The notes under the pieces: model-generated
What the model saw: the letters and a program-made list of their open reading frames with translations, nothing else
What the model was told of the DNA's origin: nothing
Databases searched by the model: none
Origin: Lachnospiraceae bacterium
Lineage (GTDB): Bacteria > Bacillota > Clostridia > Lachnospirales > Lachnospiraceae
Length of the DNA: 64,000 nucleotides
NCBI GenBank assembly: GCA_028696165.1
Contig: JAQVHQ010000011.1
Location: 1,866 to 65,865 of the forward strand
Reading direction: 5' to 3'
Shown: piece after piece, positions 10,427 through 18,406 of the stretch
Numbering within the stretch: the first letter of the stretch is position 1
Layout: each line of letters opens with the position of its first letter
Translations under genes and position numbers: made by a program

Positions 10427-10795
10427 CCCCCATACTCCCTCAATCCCCGTGCCATTAAAATGGCACGCGCCCTCACTGCCACCCACAATCCAAGCCCCTA
10501 ACCCCCATGCTCCCTCAACCCCCGTGCCATCAAAATGGCACGCGCCCTCACTGCCACCCACAATCCAAGCCCCTAACCTCCATACTCCCTCAACCCCGTG
10601 CCAAAATGGCACGTGCCCTCACTGCCACCCACAATCCAAGCCTCTAACCCCCATACTCCCTCAACCCCCGTGCCATCAAAATGGCACGCGCCCTCACTGC
10701 CACCCACAATCCAAGCCCCTAACCCCCATACCACCTCAACCCCCGTGCCATCAAAATGGCACGTGCCCTCACTGCCACCCACACAACCTCCCTCA
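10427..10795. repeat. 75-bp tandem repeat, 4 full plus 1 partial unit, C-rich on + strand, each with an internal 8-bp hairpin
   Basis: units at 10427, 10502, 10577 (71 bp), 10648, 10723; unit CCCCCATACTCCCTCAACCCCCGTGCCATCAAAATGGCACGCGCCCTCACTGCCACCCACAATCCAAGCCCCTAA. Confidence 0.95.
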
Positions 10796-10828
10796 ACCAC
10801 CACAACCCCGCCTCCAGCCCGAACCCAG

Positions 10829-11107
10829 CCAGCCAGAAAGCCTTACTAAGTAGCAAAACAGGCGGTGTTTATGGATATCAGAATCAGCTGATGAGTATCT
10901 TAGTGCGAAGGCACCCAAGTTTATGGGACGAAATGGTGCTTACAAAGCACCATTTCGAAGGCATCCTGAGGCAGGTATGCATCAGCATACCTGCCGAATA
11001 TGCCTGATTCCCATAAACTTGGGTGCCTTCACACTTAGATACTCACAGCGCAATGACCTATCCATAAACACCGCCTGCTTTGCTACTTAGTAAGGCTTTC
11101 TGGCTGG
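10829..11107. ncRNA. unclassified ornate structured element, family copy 1 of 3 (strand unresolved)
   Basis: 49-bp outer helix with one mismatch, GCTG/CAGC mini-helix, 35-bp second helix, two inner hairpins, invariant GTATGCATCAGCATAC at 10975-10990; same architecture at 21170 and 52907. Confidence 0.55.
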
Positions 11108-11122
11108 CGTCCCTCCCCCCAT

Positions 11123-11794
11123 TCACCGAAACACCATCTCCTCCACCGTAACAAACTCATACCCCCCTTCCCACAAATCCCTCACAATACGCACTGCCGC
11201 CTCCACCGAAGTCTCAAAAGAATCATGCATCAAAATAATATCCCCACCCTCCACCTGTCTCTCCACCCGTTCCACAATCGCCTCCGTATTCTGAAGCTGC
11301 CAATCCATAGAATCCACACTCCAAAAAACAGGCACCATACACACCGTATACTCCAAATCCTCCTTCCACTCCCCATAAGGCGGCCGCACAAAGCAAGGAT
11401 ACTGCCCCGTAATCTCAAAAATCTGATTACCCGTCCGTTCAATCAATTCTACAGCCTTTTCATCGCCCACCGCTTTCATAGAAACATGCTCATAAGTATG
11501 ATTGCCAATCAAATGTCCGTCCGCCTTCATTTGACGAATCACCTCTTCGTGTCCGGTAATATTTTGCCCAAGCAAAAAGAAGCTGGCTTTTACGCCAAGC
11601 TTCTTAAGTTCTGTTAACAATTCACTTGTATAAACACTGGGACCATCATCAAAAGTAAGAGCAACCTGCATATTCTCTCTCGTAACGGTCATTCCATCTG
11701 TCTGTTCCGTCTTCTGTCCGTAATATCCCGACATATAACATATAAATCCAACTAAAAAAGCCAAAAAGGTTTTATACAAAACGCTCCTCTTCAC
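11123..11794 (-). CDS. polysaccharide deacetylase family protein (NodB domain)
   Basis: 223-aa ORF, N-terminal TM, VALTFDDGP, GNHTYEH, LMHD motifs. Confidence 0.85.
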   Translation of the reverse strand: MKRSVLYKTFLAFLVGFICYMSGYYGQKTEQTDGMTVTRENMQVALTFDDGPSVYTSELLTELKKLGVKASFFLLGQNITGHEEVIRQMKADGHLIGNHTYEHVSMKAVGDEKAVELIERTGNQIFEITGQYPCFVRPPYGEWKEDLEYTVCMVPVFWSVDSMDWQLQNTEAIVERVERQVEGGDIILMHDSFETSVEAAVRIVRDLWEGGYEFVTVEEMVFR

Positions 11795-11815
11795 ACAAAT
11801 ACTCTTTTGTTTTCT

Positions 11816-12487
11816 CTATTCATCTATATGCGGTTCCAATGGATGATAGAATTTCTGCATCTGTTTTTCCAGATTATACAGACGTTTCGAATATCTTTTC
11901 ATCTCATCCGAACGAAGCGCTTCTTCCTCCCCATCAAGCGGCTTATAGCAAAGCTGATGTTCCATGCTCGCCCACCAGTCCATACCTATTGTACGAATCT
12001 GAATCTCCACCGGAAGATAGGTTGCTTCCTCTTGTGTTGGGATTTTAGAACCTATTACCATGTGATAACTGCGATATCCATTTCCTTTGGGGTTCTTCAC
12101 ATAGTCCTTCTCTTTTAACACAATCACATTTTTTAATTTCTTAATATCTTCTACGATTGCATATATCTCTTCTATATAAAAGCAGATAACACGAACTCCA
12201 GCCAAATCACCAATTCGATTAACCGCATTAATGCAGGTTGGCTCTAAGTTCTTTCTTTGCATTTTATCCGCAATACTTGCATAGCTCTTAACACGAGCCT
12301 CTATACTATGTATCGGACTTCTGCCGTTTCGTTCTTTGTAATTTCCATCCAGCTGGCGCAGACGATTCTCCATCGATTTGCACACCCGCTCATATGGTTC
12401 TATCAGATTGTCATAGCTTTCTTTGGAAAAATTACTTTTTCGATATTCCTCCGGGATATTCAATCTGCATTTCTTCATTATCTTCAT
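11816..12487 (-). CDS. small alarmone synthetase (RelA/SpoT-domain GTP pyrophosphokinase, RelQ/RelP type)
   Basis: 223-aa ORF; DLAGVRVICFY, GYRSYHMVI, VEIQIRTIGMDWWASMEHQLCYK. Confidence 0.85.
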   Translation of the reverse strand: MKIMKKCRLNIPEEYRKSNFSKESYDNLIEPYERVCKSMENRLRQLDGNYKERNGRSPIHSIEARVKSYASIADKMQRKNLEPTCINAVNRIGDLAGVRVICFYIEEIYAIVEDIKKLKNVIVLKEKDYVKNPKGNGYRSYHMVIGSKIPTQEEATYLPVEIQIRTIGMDWWASMEHQLCYKPLDGEEEALRSDEMKRYSKRLYNLEKQMQKFYHPLEPHIDE

Positions 12488-12768
12488 ATTAATTGATTAC
12501 CTTCTTTGTTTCCCTTTCTTTCCTTATCCCATTTTCTATTTTCATGGAATCCTATCCTGCCAGTAAATTCAAGTACGCATTGGCATACGTATATTATAAT
12601 AGCAGTCTTTTGTAAATCCCCCATTACATTATTGTTAAATCCATGAAAAATCCCCTGAAACATCAAGTCTCAGGGGTCTCTTACGTAGTATATGAAAGTG
12701 CATCTGCACTCTCTCACAAAATCCGTTTAACAAATCCTGTGTATACAATATATCAATACAGTTAAAAA

Positions 12769-13125
12769 TTAAGCTATTTTGCTTTTAGCTAATTCTGCAA
12801 GTGTTGCGAATCCTTCTGCATCATTTACAGCCATTTCAGCTAACATTTTTCTGTTCATGTCGACATCAGCTAATTTTAATCCATACATAAATTTGCTGTA
12901 TGATAATCCGTTGATACGAGCTGCTGCATTAATACGAGCAATCCATAACTGTCTGAACTGACGTTTTTTCTGTTTTCTTCCAGCATATGCGCTTGTTAAA
13001 GCTCTCATAACTGACTGTTTTGCTACTCTATACTGTTTTGATCTGGCACCTCTGTAACCTTTAGCCAGTTTTAATGTTCTGTTATGTCTTTTTTTAGCGT
13101 TTAATCCGCCTTTAATTCTTGCCAT
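12769..13125 (-). CDS. rplT: 50S ribosomal protein L20
   Basis: 118-aa [32 protein letters not shown]. Confidence 0.97.
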   Translation of the reverse strand: MARIKGGLNAKKRHNRTLKLAKGYRGARSKQYRVAKQSVMRALTSAYAGRKQKKRQFRQLWIARINAAARINGLSYSKFMYGLKLADVDMNRKMLAEMAVNDAEGFATLAELAKSKIA

Positions 13126-13150
13126 TCTTATTATCCTCCTTCACTCTATC

Positions 13151-13348
13151 TTATAAATAAGGTAAAATTTTTCTCATGTTTCCTGCGTTTGTTGCATCGA
13201 TAACGGTAGATTTTCTAAGATTTCTCTTTCTCTTCTGAGATTTCTTTGTTAAGATATGGCTCTTATAGGCTTTATTTCTTACTAATTTACCTGTACCTGT
13301 CTTTTTGAAACGTTTTGCAGCAGCTCTGCTTGTTTTAATTTTTGGCAT
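13151..13348 (-). CDS. rpmI: 50S ribosomal protein L35
   Basis: 65-aa [25 protein letters not shown]. Confidence 0.97.
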   Translation of the reverse strand: MPKIKTSRAAAKRFKKTGTGKLVRNKAYKSHILTKKSQKRKRNLRKSTVIDATNAGNMRKILPYL

Positions 13349-13383
13349 TTTATATTTCCTCCTTAAATTATAATCATTCTATT

Positions 13384-13890
13384 TTAACGTTTTACAGTTA
13401 AAAACATCATCATGCTTCGGCCTTCCATCTTAGGAGCCTTCTCCATCACTGCAATGTCTGACAATTGTTGCGCAAACTCATCTAAGATGTGTCTGCTGCT
13501 TCCAATATGAGCCATCTCTCTTCCACGGAAACGCAGGGTAACTTTTACTCTGTCTCCCTTGGTTAAAAACTTACGGGCAGCACTTACTTTTGTGTTTAAA
13601 TCATTACTGTCGATGTTTGGTGAAAGTCGTACTTCTTTGATCTCGATGGTTTTCTGCTTTTTCTTTGCTTCTTTTTCTTTTCTGGCTAATTCATATTTGT
13701 ATTTGCCATAATCAATAATCTTACAAACCGGTGGTTTTGCGTTTGGGGCAATTTTTACCAGGTCTAATCCTGCGTCGATTGCCATCTGCATAGCTTCTTT
13801 TGACGCAACAATTCCAAGCTGTTCTCCATCTGCGCCGATCAGGCGAATCTCACGGTCTCTAATTTGTTCGTTAATCATTAAATCGCTAAT
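13384..13890 (-). CDS. infC: translation initiation factor IF-3, probable AUU start
   Basis: ORF INEQIRDREIRLIGADGEQLGIV...; GGAGGTG (13898-13904) sits 7 nt before ATT at 13888-13890 but 19 nt before the first ATG (13878). Confidence 0.9.
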   Translation of the reverse strand: MSDLMINEQIRDREIRLIGADGEQLGIVASKEAMQMAIDAGLDLVKIAPNAKPPVCKIIDYGKYKYELARKEKEAKKKQKTIEIKEVRLSPNIDSNDLNTKVSAARKFLTKGDRVKVTLRFRGREMAHIGSSRHILDEFAQQLSDIAVMEKAPKMEGRSMMMFLTVKR

Positions 13891-13904
13891 AGTAGTGCAC
13901 CTCC

Positions 13905-14048
13905 ATAAATTAAGAAATTAAAAATAGGTAGATAGTCAGACTATCCACCTAGTATATGTTTAAGATTTCTCTTATAATCATTACTTTATTAACCCGAGTC
14001 GCTTTGTGCGCTAAGGTGAGAGTGGATACTCTACTTTCTTTACCGAAC
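13905..14048 (-). promoter_or_regulatory. infC-rpmI-rplT leader, probable L20-type autoregulatory leader with attenuator hairpin
   Basis: about 145-nt leader between promoter and infC RBS; attenuator AGGTGGATAG-TCTGA-CTATCTACCT plus ATTTTTA at 13918-13950 (minus sense); position matches Firmicute L20 leaders. Confidence 0.5.
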
Positions 14049-14054
14049 TGTTGT

Positions 14055-14084
14055 ATCTTATCATGGATTGTGGGGTGTTGTCAA
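14055..14084 (-). promoter_or_regulatory. sigma-A type promoter of the infC operon
   Basis: minus sense TTGACA (14079-14084), 18-nt spacer, TAAGAT (14055-14060). Confidence 0.55.
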
Positions 14085-14122
14085 GGGGTGATTTTAAAAA
14101 TATTTTTTTTCCAAGGCGGACG

Positions 14123-14303
14123 CAGCGGTTCCATACGGGCGAAAGTTGCGGAACGTGGGCAACGCCAGGGTGAACTATCTGTTAACTTCGACTAAGACGC
14201 TCGGGAACGCCCTCGCGCCTAAGTCTTCGTAAACAGAGGATTTCACCCTGGCTAAGAGCGCCCACTGAATTGTTCCGCGACTTTCGCCCGTATGGAACCG
14301 CTG
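14123..14303. other. 181-nt nested imperfect palindrome (possible structured RNA, + sense favoured)
   Basis: outer arms CAGCGGTTCCATACGGGCGAAAGTTGCGGAAC / GTTCCGCGACTTTCGCCCGTATGGAACCGCTG (32 bp, one T.G), inner arms GTGGGC..GCCAGGGTGAA / TTCACCCTGGC..GCCCAC. Confidence 0.5.
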
Positions 14304-14413
14304 CTGATTTTGGTTGGGACTTTATTTTTTTCTTTCCTTTGTGGTTATATTTAACGGTTATATTTATTGCTTATTTCCTTATTGCTCTTATATTTTACAA
14401 TTTTTCGTTATAT

Positions 14414-14478
14414 TTATTCTTTACGCCTATTCTTTACGCCTATTCTTTATATCTATTCTTTATATCTATTCTTTATAT
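14414..14478. repeat. 13-bp tandem repeat x5 (CTATTCTTTACGC / CTATTCTTTATAT) in T-rich leader region
   Basis: direct reading of consecutive 13-mers. Confidence 0.9.
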
Positions 14479-14629
14479 TTTATTATTTTTATTTTTTACA
14501 GTTGTATTTTTTGAATGGTATGTGGGGGTACTTTTTTTATCTGATATATGGTATACTGATAGTCTCTGGTATGGTTTTATTTTTACTTGTGTGCAGAGAT
14601 TAACTTTTTTTATTTTTAGGAGGATTATT

Positions 14630-15352
14630 ATGAAGAGAACTTTTTTAGTGCGATATATGGTACTTCCGCTGTGTATATCTGCTTTGTTATTTGGTGGATG
14701 TGGCAATGTTGAGGACGGTAAGAAGGATGATACTGCTGTAGTTGCGGAGAATACGGATAAAACTACGGATGGCGGGAAAGACGATACAAAGGATGATTCT
14801 ACATCAAACAGTGAGACGAAGGCTGAAGAAAAGAAAGATGTTCCTTCTAATTCTGATTTGAATCTGGAAGAGACGAATCCGGATGTTTTGACTATGGGAG
14901 AAGGAAGTAACATCACTGAAGTGGGGGAAAAGATTGATGGCAGTACTGCTTCTGTTCATAAGGTTGGCGATGTGATTTCTTTTGAGAAGGACGAAGTTGT
15001 TCAATATACTCTTACGATTAATTCCATTGCTGTTACTGACCGCAGAAATGATTATGCAGATACAAATCCGGAGAAGGTTGTTTTGATTGATTATACTTAT
15101 AAAAATGTTGCTTATGAAAGCGAAGTTTTTTTAGATAATATGAGTTTTAAACTGGCTGACACTGCGGGTGGTGCCTGCCTGTATTATGCTATTGGTTCTG
15201 ATAAGCAGGCGCTTCCGGTTGCAGTTGGTGCTGATTGTAATATGGAAATTGCTTATGGAGTGAGTGCTTCAGATACAAAAGTAACCTTATACTATACTGA
15301 TTTGTTCTGTGGTAGTAATGAGATGGTTGCTGTAGAAGCTGATTTGAAGTAG
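14630..15352 (+). CDS. putative lipoprotein, function unknown
   Basis: AGGAGG RBS 6 nt upstream; MKRTFLVRYMVLPLCISALLFGGCGN lipobox; Asp/Thr/Lys-rich linker then beta-rich domain. The 14270 start in the ORF track is read-through of the repeat region. Confidence 0.75.
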   Translation: MKRTFLVRYMVLPLCISALLFGGCGNVEDGKKDDTAVVAENTDKTTDGGKDDTKDDSTSNSETKAEEKKDVPSNSDLNLEETNPDVLTMGEGSNITEVGEKIDGSTASVHKVGDVISFEKDEVVQYTLTINSIAVTDRRNDYADTNPEKVVLIDYTYKNVAYESEVFLDNMSFKLADTAGGACLYYAIGSDKQALPVAVGADCNMEIAYGVSASDTKVTLYYTDLFCGSNEMVAVEADLK

Positions 15353-15480
15353 CTGGGACAGTCTCACAGTCTCACCAGAAAATCTAGCTCTGCCCTCACG
15401 TAACTATCAACATATCTTATATCAGTTTTTTCTGTTTGCGCAAAACTTGAAACAGTCCCGTATAACCACTAAACTCTAAA

Positions 15481-15518
15481 AACCAGGTTACACTAAACTG
15501 CTGTGACCTGGTTTTTTG
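15481..15518. terminator. bidirectional intrinsic terminator between lipoprotein gene and DUF1540 gene
   Basis: AACCAGGTTACA...TGTGACCTGGTT stem with TTTTTT downstream and AAAAA upstream. Confidence 0.75.
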
Positions 15519-15576
15519 TTCTTTCCATATTGTCGTGTATACGTAAAGTTGTTCATTAAGATCAATTTATTTAATC

Positions 15577-15888
15577 TTATTTATACGTACCACACTTAGT
15601 TTCCATGCAGTCGCAGGCATTGCAGCCACAGATATCGATAGCATCTGCATGGCACTCTTCCTGGTCATTGTGGACGCAGGTACAGGCTTCACACTGTACT
15701 TGTGTGTAGGCGCTGGCGGTCTCTCCTGTGCTGTTGGATGCAGAATCATGACCGCGTTCTTTGAAACTTGCGCAGCAGGTTTCGTCAGATGTCTGTGCAT
15801 CTTCTCCGCCCACCTGGATATCTGCTTTGGAACAATATTCATTTTTGTTATACACACATTTAACTGCGGAACAATTTAATAATGGCAT
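15577..15888 (-). CDS. DUF1540 domain-containing cysteine-rich protein (two repeats)
   Basis: MPLLNCSAVKCVYNKNEYCSKADIQVGG and VQCEACTCVHNDQEECHADAIDICG match the DUF1540 pattern; GGAGG 7 nt before ATG 15888. Confidence 0.7.
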   Translation of the reverse strand: MPLLNCSAVKCVYNKNEYCSKADIQVGGEDAQTSDETCCASFKERGHDSASNSTGETASAYTQVQCEACTCVHNDQEECHADAIDICGCNACDCMETKCGTYK

Positions 15889-15967
15889 ATACAAACCTCC
15901 TTTTTTTAATTTCCCGGTTAGTATATGCCATTATTTTTATTCTATTCGTATTGTACTTTATACGCTT

Positions 15968-17935
15968 TTATTTTTTTGTTTCTTCTTCCTGCATTTCCTG
16001 ACGGATTTCCTTGGTTCTGATTTCCTTACAGATTGCATCAATGAATTCATCTAAGTTCTTCTGTCCTTCATCTCCTAAGAAACGGCTTCTGACAGATACT
16101 ACATTCTGCTCTTCTTCCTGTGCTCCTACTACAAGCATGTATGGAAGTTTTGCAAGACGTGCTTCACGGATTTTATAACCAATTTTCTCAGCTCTCTCAT
16201 CCATTGTAGCTTTGATGCCATTAGCTCTTAACTGTTCTAATACTTTTGCTCCATAATCATGGAATTTTTCTGAGATTGGAAGAATACGTACCTGTTCAGG
16301 ACACAGCCATGTAGGGAATTTACCAGCGTATTTTTCAATTAACCATGCAAGGGTTCTCTCATAGCATCCCATAGATGTTCTGTGAATGATGTATGGACGT
16401 TTTTTCTCGCCGTCTTTATCTACAAATGTCATATCAAAACGTTCTGCCAGGAACATGTCCAGCTGAATCGTAATCATAGTATCCTGTTTTCCGTATACAT
16501 TCTTAGCCTGAATATCTAATTTCGGTCCGTAGAATGCTGCTTCTCCTGTTACTTCTGTATAATTGATGCCGATGTGATTTAAAATCTGGCGCATCTTATC
16601 TTCTACCTGATCCCAGAGTTCACGATTTCCCATGTATTTATCCATGTTATCCGGATCTGCTAATGATAATTCATAAGTTACGTCTTCCTCAAGCCCTAAT
16701 GTTTCCAGACAATATTTGGCCAAATCAACGCATCCCCTGAATTCATCTTCCACTTGGTCCGGACGAACAATCAGATGTCCCTCAGAGATAGTAAACTGAC
16801 GCACACGAGTCAATCCATGCATTTCTCCTGATTCTTCATTTCTAAATAAAGTAGATGTCTCACCATAACGGCATGGTAAATCACGATAGCTCTTTGGTGA
16901 CTGTTTGTATACATAGTACTGGAATGGGCATGTCATAGGACGGAGTGCAAATACTTCTTCGCCTTCCTTTTCCTCATCCCCTAATACAAACATTCCTTCT
17001 TTATAATGATCCCAGTGATCTGAGATTACATACAAATCTTTTTTCGCCATAAGTGGAGTTTTCGTTCTCATATAACCACGGCGTTCTTCTTCATCTTCTA
17101 TCCATCTTTGAAGTGTCTGAATCATAGCAGCACCCTTAGGCATCAGTAACGGAAGTCCCTGTCCGATTACATCAACTGTAGCAAACAGTTCCATCTCTCT
17201 TCCTAATTTGTTATGGTCTCTTTTCTTTGCTTCTTCCATCTGCTGCAAATATTCTTTTAATTCATCCTTTTTCGAAAATGCAGTACCATAAATACGTGCA
17301 AGCATCTTATTCTTCTCACTGCCTCTCCAGTAAGCTCCTGAAGAAGAAGTCAGTTTAAATGCCTTGATTCCCTTGGTGCTCATCAGATGCGGTCCTGCAC
17401 ACAAATCTGTGAAATCTCCCTGTGAATAAAATGAAATGGTTGCATCTTCCGGTAAATCCTGAATCAGTTCAACCTTATATGGTTCACCTTTTTCTTCCAT
17501 AAATGCAATTGCTTTTTCTCTAGGGAGTTCAAATCTTTCAATCTTTGCTCCTTCTTTGATGATTTTTTTCATTTCTTTTTCAATTGCATCTAAATCATCT
17601 CTTGAGAAAGATTCGCTCTCAAAATCATAATAAAATCCAGTATCAATAGATGGACCAATAGCAAGCTTTGCATTTGGATACAATCTTTTAACAGCCTCTG
17701 CCAGCACATGGGAAGTAGTATGACGAAGTGCAGCTAAGCCAGCGGGATCATTGGCAGTTAAAATGCTTAATTCACAGTCAGCATCTACTACTGTTCTTAA
17801 ATCCACTACTTCTCCATTTACTTCTCCAGCGGTCGCAACACGTGCCAGACCTTCGCTGATATCCTGTGCAATCTCATATACAGACATTGCCTGTGCGTAT
17901 TCTTTTACTGATCCATCTTTTAATGTAATCTTCAT
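15968..17935 (-). CDS. thrS: threonine--tRNA ligase
   Basis: MKITLKDGSVKEY TGS start, HTTSHVLAEAV, class-II motifs; start set at 17935 (GGAGAA RBS); longer ORF in the track runs into the T-box leader. Confidence 0.95.
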   Translation of the reverse strand: MKITLKDGSVKEYAQAMSVYEIAQDISEGLARVATAGEVNGEVVDLRTVVDADCELSILTANDPAGLAALRHTTSHVLAEAVKRLYPNAKLAIGPSIDTGFYYDFESESFSRDDLDAIEKEMKKIIKEGAKIERFELPREKAIAFMEEKGEPYKVELIQDLPEDATISFYSQGDFTDLCAGPHLMSTKGIKAFKLTSSSGAYWRGSEKNKMLARIYGTAFSKKDELKEYLQQMEEAKKRDHNKLGREMELFATVDVIGQGLPLLMPKGAAMIQTLQRWIEDEEERRGYMRTKTPLMAKKDLYVISDHWDHYKEGMFVLGDEEKEGEEVFALRPMTCPFQYYVYKQSPKSYRDLPCRYGETSTLFRNEESGEMHGLTRVRQFTISEGHLIVRPDQVEDEFRGCVDLAKYCLETLGLEEDVTYELSLADPDNMDKYMGNRELWDQVEDKMRQILNHIGINYTEVTGEAAFYGPKLDIQAKNVYGKQDTMITIQLDMFLAERFDMTFVDKDGEKKRPYIIHRTSMGCYERTLAWLIEKYAGKFPTWLCPEQVRILPISEKFHDYGAKVLEQLRANGIKATMDERAEKIGYKIREARLAKLPYMLVVGAQEEEQNVVSVRSRFLGDEGQKNLDEFIDAICKEIRTKEIRQEMQEEETKK

Positions 17936-18039
17936 TTTTTCTCCTTTTCTTATAAAAGCATTTACAATTGTTCTCTTAAATTTAAGCTGAGGAACTGTTT
18001 CCGCAGACATTTATCTCTTATAAAATTATTTATCCTGAG

Positions 18040-18343
18040 AGAAGATAAAGCCTCCAGCGGATTGCATTCAACATAAAAAACGCCCCTCCCTGCATTAAAT
18101 ATATACAGGAAGGGGCGACAAATTCGCGGTTCCACCCTTCGTTGTCCTTCATTACCAAAGACATCTCAATTGCGATTATAACGGCATCACCGGACCTGAT
18201 TAAAGGTCACTCCGAGGTGGTCTTCCACTGCTTCCCATCAAGATACTTTCACCATATGTACCTCTCTCTGGTATGTTCCACAACTTACTTTCCTCATCCT
18301 TGTGTTAGCTTATTGAAATATATTATCTATGTTTCTCATCTGT
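18040..18343 (-). promoter_or_regulatory. T-box leader of thrS
   Basis: minus sense AAGGGTGGAACCGCGAATT (T-box sequence, 18131-18149) overlapping terminator GTCGCCCCTTCCTG...CAGGGAGGGGCG plus TTTTTT (18075-18129); stem I with AGAGA and GTGA motifs; candidate specifier ACC (Thr) in GAGUGACCUUU. Confidence 0.85.
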
Positions 18344-18349
18344 ATGTTC

Positions 18350-18378
18350 ATTATAGATGTGTATTTTTAGATTGTCAA
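18350..18378 (-). promoter_or_regulatory. sigma-A consensus promoter of the thrS T-box leader
   Basis: minus sense TTGACA (18373-18378), 17-nt spacer, TATAAT (18350-18355). Confidence 0.75.
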
Positions 18379-18406
18379 GGCACTTTTCGCAGTATTTCCC
18401 AATGGG

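Noticed and set aside
10885-10915. Hammerhead ribozyme core (CUGAUGA ... GAAA) in + sense of the ornate elements
   Set aside because: There is no stem II hairpin between CUGAUGA and GAAA. Copy 3 has CUGAUAU. The GAAA lies inside a long perfect helix. No cleavage-site context is present.
10379-11007. Proline- and histidine-rich or Gly/Trp-rich ORFs on both strands across the 75-bp repeats and element copy 1 (e.g. 10449-10853 +, 10379-10612 -, 10756-11007 +)
   Set aside because: The repeat period is a multiple of 3 and the DNA is GC-rich, so several frames on both strands stay open. There is no RBS, the ORFs overlap each other, and the peptide periodicity simply mirrors the DNA repeat.
10829-11107. 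Small protein starting MLMHT encoded on the minus strand of all three ornate elements (from the invariant ATGCTGATGCATAC)
   Set aside because: There is no Shine-Dalgarno sequence. The ORF lengths differ (34 aa, over 80 aa and 58 aa). The reading frame shifts between copies at the GCGAAG versus GCGAAAG indel. The similarity is confined to segments that are conserved loops of the fold.
10829-11107. The ornate elements as MITEs or IS remnants
   Set aside because: The terminal helices differ in sequence between copies. There are no target-site duplications at the borders I inspected and no transposase nearby. Conservation is concentrated in loops rather than termini. This is not fully excluded without a database search.
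14270-14629. 120-codon N-terminal extension of the lipoprotein ORF
   Set aside because: It is a Phe/Leu/Tyr-rich translation of T-rich tandem repeats. AGGAGG plus ATG at 14630 gives a standard lipoprotein signal peptide.
15567-15857. 96-aa alternative-frame ORF overlapping the DUF1540 gene
   Set aside because: The DUF1540 frame shows the characteristic Cys pattern twice and has a well-spaced GGAGG RBS. The alternative frame has neither.
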